A stretch of DNA of 64,000 bases, from assembly GCF_030028105.1 (NCBI RefSeq), contig NC_092374.1, positions 19,722,630-19,786,629 on the forward strand, in the 5' to 3' direction. The notes beneath the pieces were generated by a model. That model searched no databases, had not been told where the DNA came from, and saw only the letters and a program-made list of their open reading frames with translations. Position 1 is the stretch's first letter. Each line of letters opens with the position of its first letter. Below, one piece after another: positions 1-12,060 of the stretch. The stretch is from Mobula birostris (Eukaryota). The translations under genes and the position numbers were made by a program.

Positions 1-20
1 ACGTTCCTACTGCCCTCACG

Positions 21-397
21 GTGGACGCATCCAACACAGCGGTCGGTGGAGTGCCGGAACAACTCATCGAGGGTCGCTGGCAACCCCTGGCGTTCTTCAG
101 CAAACACCTACGACCACCCGAACTCAAATACAGTGCTTTCAACCGGGAGCTATTGGCACTATACCTGGCAATCCGGCATTTCAGGTACTTCTTAGAAGGT
201 AGGCCCTTCACCGCGTTCACAGACCATAAACTGCTTACCTTTGCGTTCACTAAGGTGTCCGACCCCTGGTCGTCCCGCCAGCAGCAACATCTGTCCTACA
301 TCTCCGAGTACACGACGGACATCCGGCATGTCTCTGGAAAGGACAACGTCGTGGTGGACGCACTTTCCAGACCTACCATACAGGCCCTGCCCCAGGG
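21..397 (+). pseudogene. Gypsy pol RNase H domain, frameshifted relative to integrase near 395-400
   Basis: ORF 21..497 matches retroelement RNase H up to ALSRPTIQAL, then runs out of frame while integrase continues in ORF 398..1732. Confidence 0.85.
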
Positions 398-1732
398 GTG
401 CACTATGCAGCGCTGGCAGAGGCACAGCAGGCAGACACTGAGATCCCCAGTTACAGGACTGCAGTCTCCGGTTTGCAGCTCCAAGACCTCCCCGTAGGCC
501 CAGGTGAGAGGACCCTACTGTGTGACATAGCTACCGGCCAACCCCGCCCCGTCGTCCCAGCAGCCTGGCGCTGGTGGGTTTTCGAGTCCATTCACAACTT
601 AGCGCACCCCTCCATCAGGACAACCGTCCGGCTGGTCGCCAACAGGTTCGTGTGGCATGGACTTCGTAAGCAGGTCAGTGAATGGGCCAAAACGTGCATG
701 CAGTGCCAAACGGCCAAGGTGCAGCGGCATACCAAGGCTCCGCCGCAGCCGTTCGAACCCACCCGCCGGAGGTTCGACCACATCCATGTGGATATCGTGG
801 GGCCCCTGCCAGTGTCACGAGGAGCGCGATACCTCCTAACTATGATAGACCGGTTCACCAGATGGCCAGAGGCAGTCCCGCTCAGCGACACCACCTCCGA
901 ATCCTGCGCCCGAGCACTGATCGCAACCTGGGTAGCACGCTTTGGGGTACCGACCCACATTACCTCCGACAGGGGCGCCCAGTTCACCTCCAGCCTGTGG
1001 TCGGCTATGGCCAGCCTTTTAGGAACACAGCTACACCACACAACTGCCTACCACCCACAGTCGAACGGACTAGTGGAGCGCTTCCACCGTCACCTGAAAT
1101 CGGCTCTCATGGCCCGCCTGGAGGGGTCTAACTGGGTGGACGAGCTTCCCTGGGTCCTGCTCGGAATCCGCACGGCACCCAAGGAGGATCTGCACACCTC
1201 GTCGGTCGAGTTGGTGTACGGCACACCCCTGGTAGTCCCAGGAGAGTTCATACCAGCCCCAAGGGGGCAAGAGAAAGAACCCACAGCAGTCCTGGACAGA
1301 CTGCAGGAGAGGCTCGGTAACCTGGCCCCCTTACCCACTTCACAGCACGGACAGAGCCCGACCTGCGTACCCAAAGACCCGCAGAACTGTAAGTTTCTTT
1401 TTGTACGACGGGGCGGACACCGGGCACCGCTACAGCGGCCCTACGAGGGGCCGTTTAAAGTGATCAGGAACAATGGGTCCACGTTCGTGCTGGACACTGG
1501 GGGGAGAGAGGAGGTATTCACGGTGGACCGACTCAAACCGGCCCATGTGGACTTGGCGCAACCGGTGCGCAGGCAGAGGGCCGGCCCCAAAAAGGGCGCC
1601 AGGCCATCTTCACCAGCAGGGGGAAAATCCCGCGCGCGGAAAGGGTCTGGGAATATGCATTCCCCACAGCAGTCCCGCCCCAGGGAGGGCGGGAACGGGA
1701 AGGCTTTAAAGCGGGCCGCGAAGTTTGAATAA
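398..1732 (+). CDS. Gypsy integrase remnant (HHCC zinc finger, DDE core, GPY/F motif) reading through into LTR sequence
   Basis: HNLAHPS...CMQC; HVDIVGP...SDRGAQF...SNGLVERFH; YEGPFKV; VDRLKP. Residues after DLAQPV do not look like integrase. Confidence 0.9.
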   Translation: MHYAALAEAQQADTEIPSYRTAVSGLQLQDLPVGPGERTLLCDIATGQPRPVVPAAWRWWVFESIHNLAHPSIRTTVRLVANRFVWHGLRKQVSEWAKTCMQCQTAKVQRHTKAPPQPFEPTRRRFDHIHVDIVGPLPVSRGARYLLTMIDRFTRWPEAVPLSDTTSESCARALIATWVARFGVPTHITSDRGAQFTSSLWSAMASLLGTQLHHTTAYHPQSNGLVERFHRHLKSALMARLEGSNWVDELPWVLLGIRTAPKEDLHTSSVELVYGTPLVVPGEFIPAPRGQEKEPTAVLDRLQERLGNLAPLPTSQHGQSPTCVPKDPQNCKFLFVRRGGHRAPLQRPYEGPFKVIRNNGSTFVLDTGGREEVFTVDRLKPAHVDLAQPVRRQRAGPKKGARPSSPAGGKSRARKGSGNMHSPQQSRPREGGNGKALKRAAKFE

Positions 1733-2214
1733 ATCTCTTTCATCGCAACTCTAACTCACCAACTCCGTGTGGTTATTCTAGCGCTGTGTGTAGCACACCG
1801 CTACACTACCATGATTCACAGCGCGATGAATTCAGCTTAAGTAATCCAGAATTCACAAGGGGAACTGGAATGGAACAATTCACAAGTTATTTAACATTGC
1901 TTCTAATATTTCCTATTTGAAATTTGTTTTATGAATTTCACTTGTGTTTGCTATTGACACTAATTGCATTTTGACAATATCATTATGAATCCTGATTTTG
2001 AGGTAATTTACTTCCAATCTACTAATAATTTGCTTACAGTTTGCAGAGAGCATTAGATATTTCAAGCACGTTTATTACATCTCTGAATATTTAAATCAGT
2101 GCTCTTGGACAAGGGGAAAATATTTTAGTTATGTTCAAGCACCAAGGAGGATCAAATATTAAGATTTTTTTTTAAAAGCACTACAGTTTCTAGAAATCTG
2201 AATACAAACAGAAA

Positions 2215-2640
2215 ATTCCGGAAACATGAAGACACAAGAGACCACAGCTTCTGGAATCTGGAATGAAAACAAATTGCTGAAGGATCTCCACAGGTCAGGC
2301 AGCACCTGTGATGGGAATGGACAGTCACCATTTCCAGTCAAGATCCTTCGACCAGACCAGGAAAAACAGAAGAACAATTATAAGTTGTAAAGAAGATATG
2401 GAAAGAATCTGATTGTGTGAAGGTAAAGATGCCATGGGGATAAGCTGAAGATAAAGTTATCCAGTTGATATCTCAGAGGGCAAAAAAATGAGCTGTTGGA
2501 GGGATACAAGCAGCATCTGTGGAGGGAAATGGATACTTGATGCTTTAAGTCGAGACCTTTCATCTGTACTGACTATTTCCCTCTACAGATGCTGCCTGAC
2601 CCATTCAGTCAGGTTGTATTTTTTTGCTCCAGATTCCAGC
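2215..2640. mobile_element. Degenerate PLE terminal-repeat fragments in both orientations
   Basis: caggtcaggcagcacctgtg and gatgctgcctgaccca...gctccagattccagc, matching the PLE terminus seen throughout the window. Confidence 0.6.
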
Positions 2641-3744
2641 GTGTTGAGTGCAGCTTCAACAACACTCAAGAAGTTCAAAAGCACACAGGATAGAGCAGCC
2701 CAATCCACAAGCATTCAATCACACCCACCACTGGCACACAGTAGAAGCAGACTGTACCACCTACAGAATGCAACTCACCTAGGCTCCTTAGACAGCACCA
2801 TCCAAACCCACATCTAGCAGGTACAAGTTCCACTTCCAGCCACACGCAACCCTGACTTGGAAATACTGTATATCATCAATCCTTCAACATCTCTGGGTCA
2901 AAATCCTAGATCTCTCTCCCTTACGGCATTGTAGGTACATCCACACCTCAAGAATTACAGAGTTTTAAGAAGTCAGTTCACCATCACTTTCTCAAGTGTA
3001 CTTACGGATGGGCAATTAAATGCTGGATTAAGAAGCACAATCCCCTTGAATGAATAAAAAAATCTAAAGATGCCCTGAAAAGTGGTCACAAATTTGATTT
3101 CTCTAATATAGAGGAGAGAAAGTTGTGAACACCAAATGCAGGACACAAGACTGGAAGAAGTGCAGCTTAATGTCTTGGATGGGAAAATGCTGCAGAAAAA
3201 GCAATGAAGACAGAAAAGCTGGCCTGGGAAGCATAAACATCCTTTTTAGAGTATTGAAAGGGAAGGGAAAGACCTGTTTCATGATTTATTTCATTGGTGG
3301 AACAAAGTTTACTTGTCACTTGCTTGACCATATGCTTAAATTAAGGAGAAATAAATCTATTTTACTTCATTTTAATACAGAGGAGTTTACGTGTAAATCC
3401 GTATAAAAAGCACAACATAAATAAATGTGAACTTTTGTTTTCTCACCTCAGGAGGAATGCATTAAAATGATGCAATTATATGAAGTCCAAAAGATCTCAT
3501 TTCAGAGACTAGAAAATAATAATCATATTTAATTCCATACATTGAGTACAATGACAACAAATAAACTGTCTCTGATTTTAAAGAGTATTTTAGTTCCTCC
3601 TGTGATATTATTTTTCCCCTCAGAAGTACAGTGCAAATATATAGAGTCATTCTAATTCAATCACTATCTCTCAATCTATGGTTTGTAAACATAAATATAA
3701 AATTTACAGGTACTAGCTCATTATTGTGTCTCATTCTACATCAT

Positions 3745-4110
3745 CATTACCATCGTCATGTGCCGTGTCGTATAACGTAGGCAGTCATAGTCTATGACCA
3801 TGATTGTTACTGGCAGATCTTTCTACACAAGTTGTTTACCATTGTCTTCTTCTGGGCAGTGTCTTTACCAGATACTCTTCAGAGATTGTCTGCCTGGCAT
3901 CAATGGTCACATAACCAGGACTTGTAATATGCACCAGCTGCTCATACACCCATTCACCACCTGCTCCCATGGCTTCCGAAGACCCTGATCGGGTAGGAGG
4001 GGGTGTTAAGCAGGTGCTACACCTTGCTGAAGGGTGGCCTGCAGGCTAGTGGAGTGAAGAAGCGTCTTACACCTCCTTTGGTAGAGACATATCTCCACCC
4101 CGCCACCCAT
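3745..4110 (-). mobile_element. Short non-autonomous retroposon (RTE-related SINE-like)
   Basis: Reverse complement aligns with 33497-33960; ATG-rich tail. Confidence 0.6.
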
Positions 4111-4754
4111 CTACATCAGTGATTTAATAAAGATTGACACTTCTTGTATTCATAAGGCTAGTAATTAAGTTTCCTTGTCAGACATGTTTCGATAAAACTT
4201 ATTATTCAAAAGTTTCTAGATTATTTTTTATTCATACACAAGTTATGAAGATCACAGACATTGAAAGCAGTTTACAGTTCTCTCCTCAGTCCAATAATAA
4301 TGCAATACAAATCATATGATTTGGTATGCAAAATGATTATTTTCTATGTCACGACTATGAAAGCACATTTCAGAACAGAAACTATGTGACTGGTTTGGGG
4401 TCTGCCTGCAGATGGAGATTGTTTCAAATGCATGCTCTCCTTGTTCTTCTTGGTGGGGCCATAGGTTCAGCTTTTGCTTTAAGTAAACTGCAGGAAGAAA
4501 TATACTTTGACAAAAAGGACGAAAAAAGTGATGGGGCTACTTGTCTAATACTTATAATGACACTGAAGAAATGTGTATAGTTCTGTTGACATAGTCTTTA
4601 TTTACATAAATAGCTTTTAATAAAATTATTTGCATTTCTTTATTTTCCTACAAATGCCTGCAAGAAAATGAATCTCAAGGAAGTATATGGTTACATATAC
4701 GTACTTTGACAATAAATTTACTTCGACTTTGACTATACCAATGATATGATTAAA

Positions 4755-5262
4755 CAAAAAAAGATGGTGCAAAAAAATCACAAGGATTTTGCCAGGTTGC
4801 CAGGACTGGAGGGCTTGGATTATGAGAAGAGACTGGATAGACTAGAGCAAAGGCGGCTGAGGGGTGATCTTTTACGAGGATATAAAATCATTAGTGGCAT
4901 TAATATCTTGGATAGCCATAGATATTTCCCCAGAGTAAAGGAGGCTAAAGCTAGCGGGCACAGTTTTAAGGTAAGAAAAGATAGTTCTAATTGGAACCTA
5001 GCCGGGGGGGGGGAGGAGGGGTTGGATTTGGTGGTGGAGAGACAATTTTTCTCTGAGAAGTTGTTGAGTAAATGGACAGAGTTGCCAAATAAAGTTGTCG
5101 AGGCGGGCACAATTACAACATTTAAAAGACTTTTGGACAGGTATATGGATAGGAAAGGGTTAGAGGGATACCGGCTAAATCAAAGCAAAAGGAACTCAGG
5201 TAACCAGCTTGGTGTGAATGGATGATCTATGTTGATCAGCTTGTTTCCATGTTGTATGGCTC
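4755..5262 (+). mobile_element. CR1 LINE 3' fragment
   Basis: LPGLEGLDYEKRLDRL..EQRRLRGDL..YKI, GHSFKV, W..LP..VVEAGTITTFKRLLDRYM: CR1 ORF2 C-terminus. Confidence 0.85.
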
Positions 5263-5417
5263 CTACCCCATCTAGTCCATGTAAGATCTTAGAGGAGCAA
5301 TCCCATTTGTCCTATTCCACTTCTCCATATTTCATTCAAGTTTCATTAAGGCTTTGCAATGTATTCTAGTCATGCATGCCAATCAATTCCCCTTGATTCT
5401 TTTTGCTCTTCTTACTA

Positions 5418-5620
5418 GTGTGATCACTCGAGTTGAGTAAGATGTTCTCCTAAGGGGTTGTCTATTGATGGGTCCTCAGGTGGTTGTAGAGGCTGATCTG
5501 GGATCCACATATTCTGGTGTGCGTGATCACTCAAGTTGAGTCAGATGTTCTACTAAGGGGTTTTCTTTTGGTGGGTTCTCAAGTGGATGTAGTGGCTGAT
5601 ATGGGATCCACATATTCTGG
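5418..5620. repeat. Two tandem ~103-bp units, probably an RTE-type 3' end on the minus strand
   Basis: gtgatcactc(g/a)agttgagt...gggatccacatattctgg occurs twice. Confidence 0.75.
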
Positions 5621-5974
5621 TACAGTGTGGACACCTGTAAGTGGTAGCTGTGGCAGGTGGTGGGGTTACATTAAGAAGAATTTACAGTCATCAGTTAACC
5701 TACCAGCACATCTACTGTGTTACAACAGAAGAGGAAACTGGAGCACTCAGAGGAAACTCGCTCAGTCACAAAAAGAAGCTGGAAACTTCTCACAGGCAGC
5801 AACTGAGCTCTGCTTTTGAAATTTGGTTATATTGATTTCCACAGCGTAAATTTTAAGAAGTGGAATACAGTAGTTCCATAGAGATGGGTTTTCAGCAGGA
5901 AGGTTAGACTGAGCAAGTTATGGATGCTCTCCTCAGAGCAAAGGTGGTGGAAAAGGGACTTAGGTAGAGACATG

Positions 5975-6505
5975 CACTCAGTGGCTACTTTATTAGGTAC
6001 ACCTGTACGGTAATGCAAATACCTAATCAGCCAATCATGTAGCAGCAACGTAACACATAACAGCATACAGACATGGTCAAGAGTTTCAGTTGTTCTTCAG
6101 AGCAAACTTCAAAATGGGGGAGAAATGTGAAGTAAGTCACTTTCACCATGGAATAATGGTTGGTGCCAGATGGTTAGGATTAACTATCTTAGAAACTGCT
6201 GATCTCCTGGGATTTTCACACACAGCAGACTCTAGTTTATAGAGAATGGTGCAGAAAAAAAAAGTGGGCACCTGTTCTGTGGGAGAAAACACCTTGCTAG
6301 TGGCAGAGCTCAGAGGAGAATGGCCAGACCAGCCCAAGCCAAAAGGAAAGTGACAGTAACTCAAATAACCATGCGTTACAACAGTGGGTACGGAAGAGCA
6401 CAACTCTTGAAGCAGTAGGTACAGAAGCAGAAGACCATGAACATACGTTCAGTGGTCACTTTATTAGTTACAGGATGCACCTATTGAAGTGGCTACTGAA
6501 TGTAT
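5975..6505 (+). mobile_element. Non-autonomous Tc1/mariner derivative (family A)
   Basis: TIR cactcagtggctactttattaggtac; decayed transposase N-terminus (consensus from the copies: KCDLSDFDRGMIVGARxGGLSISETADLLGFS); doubled TIR at right end. Confidence 0.85.
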
Positions 6506-7915
6506 AAATTCATATAGGAGAAACAGAGGGAAGTTGCTCTACAGGTGAATAGTTCAAGGACCAGGGAATTGAAAGCTGGGAGAACAAAACACAAATAGGG
6601 TGTGCGGAAAATACTTGTAATCATGGAATTATTATGGTATGGAATTCATTGTCTTTAGAACTGGTGGAAAGAATCAATGAGTGGTTTTATAGGGAAATTA
6701 GAGAAAATAATTTGCAGGACGACTGGGAGAGATCAGAGGAATGAAACCACTAGTATTGAAATATGTTAGGGACCAATATAGACTCAATGGGCCAGTGGTC
6801 TCCCATTGAGCCCTGAAAATTATATGATTTGATAAATGTGAACATGCTACAAAAACTGTACATTCAGCAAACATGATGGAAGATAAATTTCTGCCACACA
6901 TAGCAGAAATGCTTTTCAATATTTCATCCTTTGAATCTGTGCTGTTAAATCCCTTTAGGGAAAAAAAAAATCTCTCTCCTCAGTGAGCGAACTAATGAAT
7001 TACATTATTTCCCTCTCCAGGCATCACACAATATTACGATATTCATTGTGGACTTCAGCTTGCCTTGTAATGGCCACAGTAGAGATTTCTATTACCCTAG
7101 CTTTATGATTTGGTGGTATGGATCAGTATGGTTCTAATTATGCAATATGATGGTACATTAAACAGTTTAAAGCTGAAGCAGTGGTGGGAGTGAACAAAGG
7201 AAGGTGGTGAACATAAATAAGTAAGCCATCTTTTGCAAATTCTGCTGTTCGAATATTTATTCAGCTTCATCCCCCTCTCCAGTGTGTAAAAACCACAGGC
7301 ACACAAGCACTCCTTATGCATTTTTCATTGACCAATGTGGTTGCTATGCCAACTATTGGTGCTGAATCTGAGCACAGATCGAGGGCTTTCTGCAGTGACC
7401 CAATTACTGCCTGTCAACAGATTTGCGGGGACAATAGCAAACTTGACATTTTACCAAAACTGAGCCGCGGGAATCACAATTACAGATCAGGCAATGCAGC
7501 AATTAAATTTTCCCAAATCAAAAACTAAACATAGAAAGTTACTATTTTATTAAAATTCTGACTAAATGTGATACATTGGGATTCCGGGATTCAATCTTCT
7601 TCACATTCAGTGTTTTGTAAAATCAGAGAATTACTGAAATGTTCGACAGAGAAGGAGGACATTCAGTCCATCCTCCTAATGCTGAAACAATGACTAATAA
7701 CAACAATGGACCAGCCAATAAGTTAAGGAAAGTAGAGGTAGATGCCTTTACAAAAAGAACAACACCCTGATGACACATTCAAATAATGTCTATGAAGGTT
7801 CTCAGTCATCCAGGTCATTATATATCAAGCAACAGCAAATCAAGGCAACAGGACTTGCTGTCCAAAAGACACTTCACAACTCATCTAAGAGGCTTCTTTA
7901 GTTCTGATCCATGGT

Positions 7916-8040
7916 CTGTCTGTATCTTGTTTTACAACGGTTGGCATCCAGCTTAATGGTGCATTACCACCACCCTCTGCTCTAGAATGTGCACTAGACA
8001 TACATTCTAAATCCCTTCACCCAATCACACACACCCACGC

Positions 8041-8119
<79 letters not shown>

Positions 8120-8506
8120 AACCTACACTTCACCCTCCCATCTTTGACCATCCTAGTATCCTATTCCTGTTTATTCATCATATTCTATAAAAAAACACTG
8201 TACCCCTTAAAAACACTAAAAATACCCAGACTTGTGCTCTCTCACCCATGCCCAGCAACCCTTTTAATGTGAATTCCTGCATCCCCAACTCCCTTAATTT
8301 ATTTCTCATCATCTCTCTCTGTATCCCATACTTCCTGCAACACAAAACTACATGTTCTACTGACTCCTCTTCCTGACATTCCTCACACAATCCTGTCTGG
8401 TGTTTCCCTATCATTTTCAATGTTTTGTTTAATGCACAATGCCCCAGCCTTAACCTAGTCCACACAATTTCCTCTCTTCTGTTTCCATTACCTACCCTAG
8501 TAACTG
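7916..8506 (-). mobile_element. 5'-truncated I-group (I/Nimb-like) LINE with 12-bp TSD
   Basis: TRLRLGH...CEEC...ESVEHVVLCC (C-terminal CCHC finger); TSD ctgatccatggt at 7904-7915 and 8507-8518. Confidence 0.8.
8040..8113. repeat. Compound (GT)n(AT)n microsatellite
   Basis: Direct reading. Confidence 0.98.
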
Positions 8507-9239
8507 CTGATCCATGGTGGGTAGTTTTCCAGTTTATAAACTCTGTGAGTTGTTTAAAGGTATACTAATCACCTGAGGGTCATTAAGAGTCATAGAGCTG
8601 ATAAGAGGATCATTAGACTAAGCTTTGCATGAATGGAGGTGTGAACTGTTGGGAGACTCTGGGGTAGAGGTATTTGGACTGCATTGTAAGTAGCTGATTG
8701 GTGGTGTCGTGCCCCATCCTCTCTAGTCAGGGATGGGTCTTCCATTTTCACAAAGACAGCTTCTTTAACCCCTTCCCTTCTCTTTCCCAAAATGTGCACA
8801 TTGTTGTCATCAAAGGAGTGATCCTTGTCCTTTCAGTGCAGGCACACAGCCAAGTTTTGATCTCAGGAGTTAGCCTCCTATGTTGAGCCAACCGTTTGTG
8901 AAGTGGTTGTTTTGTCTCGCCAATACACTGATCCGTGCAGTTCCCATTGCTTTGGTTAGCACATACAATATTGCCCTGTTTATGTTTGGGTGTAGGATCC
9001 TTGGGTTGCAATCCAATCCCAAATAAGATTATTTGAGTACAATTAATGCAAAAAATTTTTAGTTTATTTAGCAGATACAAGCAGGTTAAACTGCACTGGA
9101 ATACATACCTATGCCTGTAACCACAGCAACTGCTCTGAATGAAAACAATCACAGTCACTTATGGAAGAATAGCCCAACATCCAGGCTCTGCCTCAGAGTT
9201 CTGTCCTTAGTATAAGCAGTAACAATACAGTCACTTTTC

Positions 9240-9596
9240 GAATATGCACAGCTCCATCATGGGCACCAGTCTCCCCACCATCAAGGACATCTTCCAAAGG
9301 CAATGCCTCAAAAAAAGGCAGCATCCATCATTAAAGACTGCCACCAGCCAGGCCATTCCCATTTCTCATTACTACTGTCAGAGAGGAGGTACAGAGCCTG
9401 AAGACATACACACAACATTTCTTCCCCATGAACACTACCTCACTATTTTCTTGCTTCATTTCTTATTTATTTTATATATATGCATATATTTCTTATTATA
9501 ATTTATAGTATAGTTTTTATATTGCAATGTACCACTGCCGCAAAACAACAAATTTCACAATTTATGTCATTGATAATAAACTTGATTCCGATTCTG
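9240..9596 (+). mobile_element. Rex/Babar-type LINE 3' fragment
   Basis: SIMGTSLPTIKDIFQRQCLKK; tail aataaacttgattccgattctga. Confidence 0.7.
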
Positions 9597-9779
9597 AGAA
9601 TTGCTGTTAACATTAACAATTAATATTTATTCCTGACTGCCATTGAAAAGATAACACCACTGTTTTCTGCCTATTATCTTTGAAGTTCTTTAACCGCAAA
9701 ACACAGTCCAAATTTAATTTTAAAAGGCCTTTATGGAATCAGATAGTTTCTTTGTTCCAGGGAGAACAGACCTAGCAAC

Positions 9780-11088
9780 TCTACTGCCTCTTCACAACTG
9801 AAAGCTCCATCTCCTGCAAAATTACAGTGCACCTCCTTTTCCACACTCTTCAGTGCTTATCATATCCTTTCCATAGAGTAGCATCCCGATCTCCAGCTGA
9901 AGGCTGATCAAAACTTTATAAAATCAGAGCAGACCTGGCCTGCTTTTGTATTGCCAGTGTCCCATGCACCTTCTTTACCACATTATCTACTTACACGGCT
10001 ACCTTGAAAGATCTCTAGACTTGTACTCAAAAATCCCTCTGTTCATCAATATTTACCAACACCCCACCAGGGTATGTCCATACTCCCGAAATCTATGACC
10101 CGCATTGATCTGGATTGAACAGCTTCTACTATTTTTTTAATTCCAGTTCACCATCAATTAATGTCTCTCTGTTGCCTAAGACTACCTTTCATACCATCCA
10201 TCGCTCTGCCAACCTTCACGCCATCTGCAAACTTACTGATCATGCCTCAGACATACACTCCAAATCATTCGCATATGTTGCAAATAGCAAAAGTCCCAGC
10301 ACCAGTTCTTGAAGAACATCACAAGTAAGAGGCAGTCAGTCAGCAAAACAGCACTCTATCATCACTCTTTGTTTCCTATTACCAAAGTGATTTTGGAACC
10401 AGTTTGCCATAGCACCCTAAATTCAATGGACCCCTTTTTTTTTGAACCATTCTCCCATATGTGATCTTATCAAAGCCTATGTAAATCACATCTAATACGC
10501 TGCCCTTATTGATATATTTCATTCCCTCTTCAAAGAATTTACTCAGATTAATTAGTCAGGGTCTGCCCTTCTCAAAGCCACTTTCTCTATGATTAGACCC
10601 TGTTATTCCAAGTAATGATTAATCCTGTCCCTCAACATTTCTCTAATAACTTCCAGAAGATTATGGCACATGTGATCCATGGTGACATGCAGATTGGAAT
10701 CACATTGCTTTGATCATAGGAGATAAAAGTATGGTATACGAATACAGTACGACCCTACAGGTAGTGGTAGAGTGGTGTTAATCTGACTGGAGATCTGTAA
10801 CCAGTGGTGTCTCACAGGAACCAGTGCTAGGAATTTTGTGTTAAAAAGATTTGGTGGTCTGATTCATAGGTTTGCAAGCACCTAAAAATTGGCCAAGCTG
10901 TGGATAGTGAGGAAGGTTGTCAAAAGATACAGCAGAATATAGGCTAGTCAGAAATATCAGAGGGAAAATGACAGATGCCATTTAATCCAAATGTTTTGAG
11001 GCCAAATGTGACAGAAAAGGAAATAGCAGAGAACTTTGGAAAACTGATCATTGACAGAGGGATCTGGGTACACACCCATAGCTCCCTA
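9780..11088. mobile_element. Old CR1 LINE RT fragments: minus (~9780-10650) then plus (~10655-11088)
   Basis: tgtaaccagtggtgtctcacaggaaccagtgctagg is a decayed VTSGVPQGSVLG; the left block carries CR1 motifs on the reverse strand. Confidence 0.65.
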
Positions 11089-12060
11089 GTTCATAGTTCA
11101 TAGTTCATAGTTCGTAGTTCAAGATAAATTGTCTTTCAACCATACATGAATACCCATGAATACAGTCAAAGGAAACAGTGTTACTCAGGGCCAAGGTGCA
11201 AAACACAGAACCAACAGTCACACACAGCACAAGGCACACATAGTACATATAAGATTTCAGTAAAAGTACAGTCACACAAAAAATATATTGTCCAAGATCT
11301 TGGGTCCATGAACAGTACAGAAGTTTCAGTTGAACACAATACGTCTTGGCTCCAACCTCGTGGCATGAACATCGATTTCTTGAACTTCCAGTAATTGCCG
11401 CCCCCTGACTTTCACCATTCCCATTCCCGGTTCCCTCTCTCACCTTAACTCCATACCTGCCCGTCACCTCCCTCTGGTGCTCCTCCCCCTTCCCTTTCTT
11501 CCATGGTCTTCCACTCTCTCCTATGAGATTCCCCCTTCTCCTTTATCTCTTTCACCCATCAACTTCCCAGCTCTTTACTTCACGGCCTCTCCCCTCCCGG
11601 TTTCACCTATCACCTACCATCTTGAACTTTTTCTTCCCTTCCCCCTACCTTCTTGCTCTAACTTTTCATCATTTTTTTCCAGTCTTAATGAAGGGTCTCA
11701 AATCATCGTCTGTTTACTCTTTTCCATAGATGTTGCCTGGCCTGCTGAGTTCCTCCAGCATTTTGCGCGTACGCCTTGTCTTCTGCCAAGCAAAGACGGG
11801 GGGGCAGCACCGATCCCAGCTCGGACACCATGCCACACGGCCCCCAGCACTTTGGTGGAGCGCACCAACTCCAACACCTCTTCTCTGGGCAGCTGTAAAC
11901 AGGTGACTCCACAGCCTGAGGTCTAGTGCGCGTTACGACCAAGGGCACACAGCTCCCCTGCTGTCGGCCAATAAATCAGTGAATGGAATTTGCAGCATTC
12001 CACATTAAAAATGTCCAACAGGGGCCTGTGCTCACAAGAAAGGTAACTAAGAGGATCAGT
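11089..12060 (-). mobile_element. Non-autonomous LINE-like element (GC-rich 5' part, repeated tail), interrupted by a PLE
   Basis: (gttcata)n tail at 11089-11120; similar to 18688-19490. Confidence 0.55.
11345..11770 (+). mobile_element. PLE 3' fragment
   Basis: LQPRGMNIDF C-terminus, pyrimidine-rich UTR, gatgttgcctggcctgctgagttcctccagca terminus. Confidence 0.8.

Larger units (their letters stand above)
1..1805 (+). mobile_element. Ty3/Gypsy LTR retrotransposon, 3' part (RNase H, integrase, partial 3' LTR); 5' part lies outside the window
   Basis: RNase H motifs DAS, PLAFFSK, YSAFNRELLA, TDHK, NVVVDALSR precede integrase (Gypsy order). AATAAA at 1728-1733; end ...ccgctaCA at 1805. Confidence 0.95.
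7790..9006 (-). mobile_element. PLE 3' fragment with GIY-YIG endonuclease, interrupted by a LINE at 7916-8506
   Basis: ORF 8748..9158(-): PKDPTPKHKQGNIV...IGETKQPLHKRLAQHRR; terminal repeat continues at 7790-7915. Confidence 0.8.
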
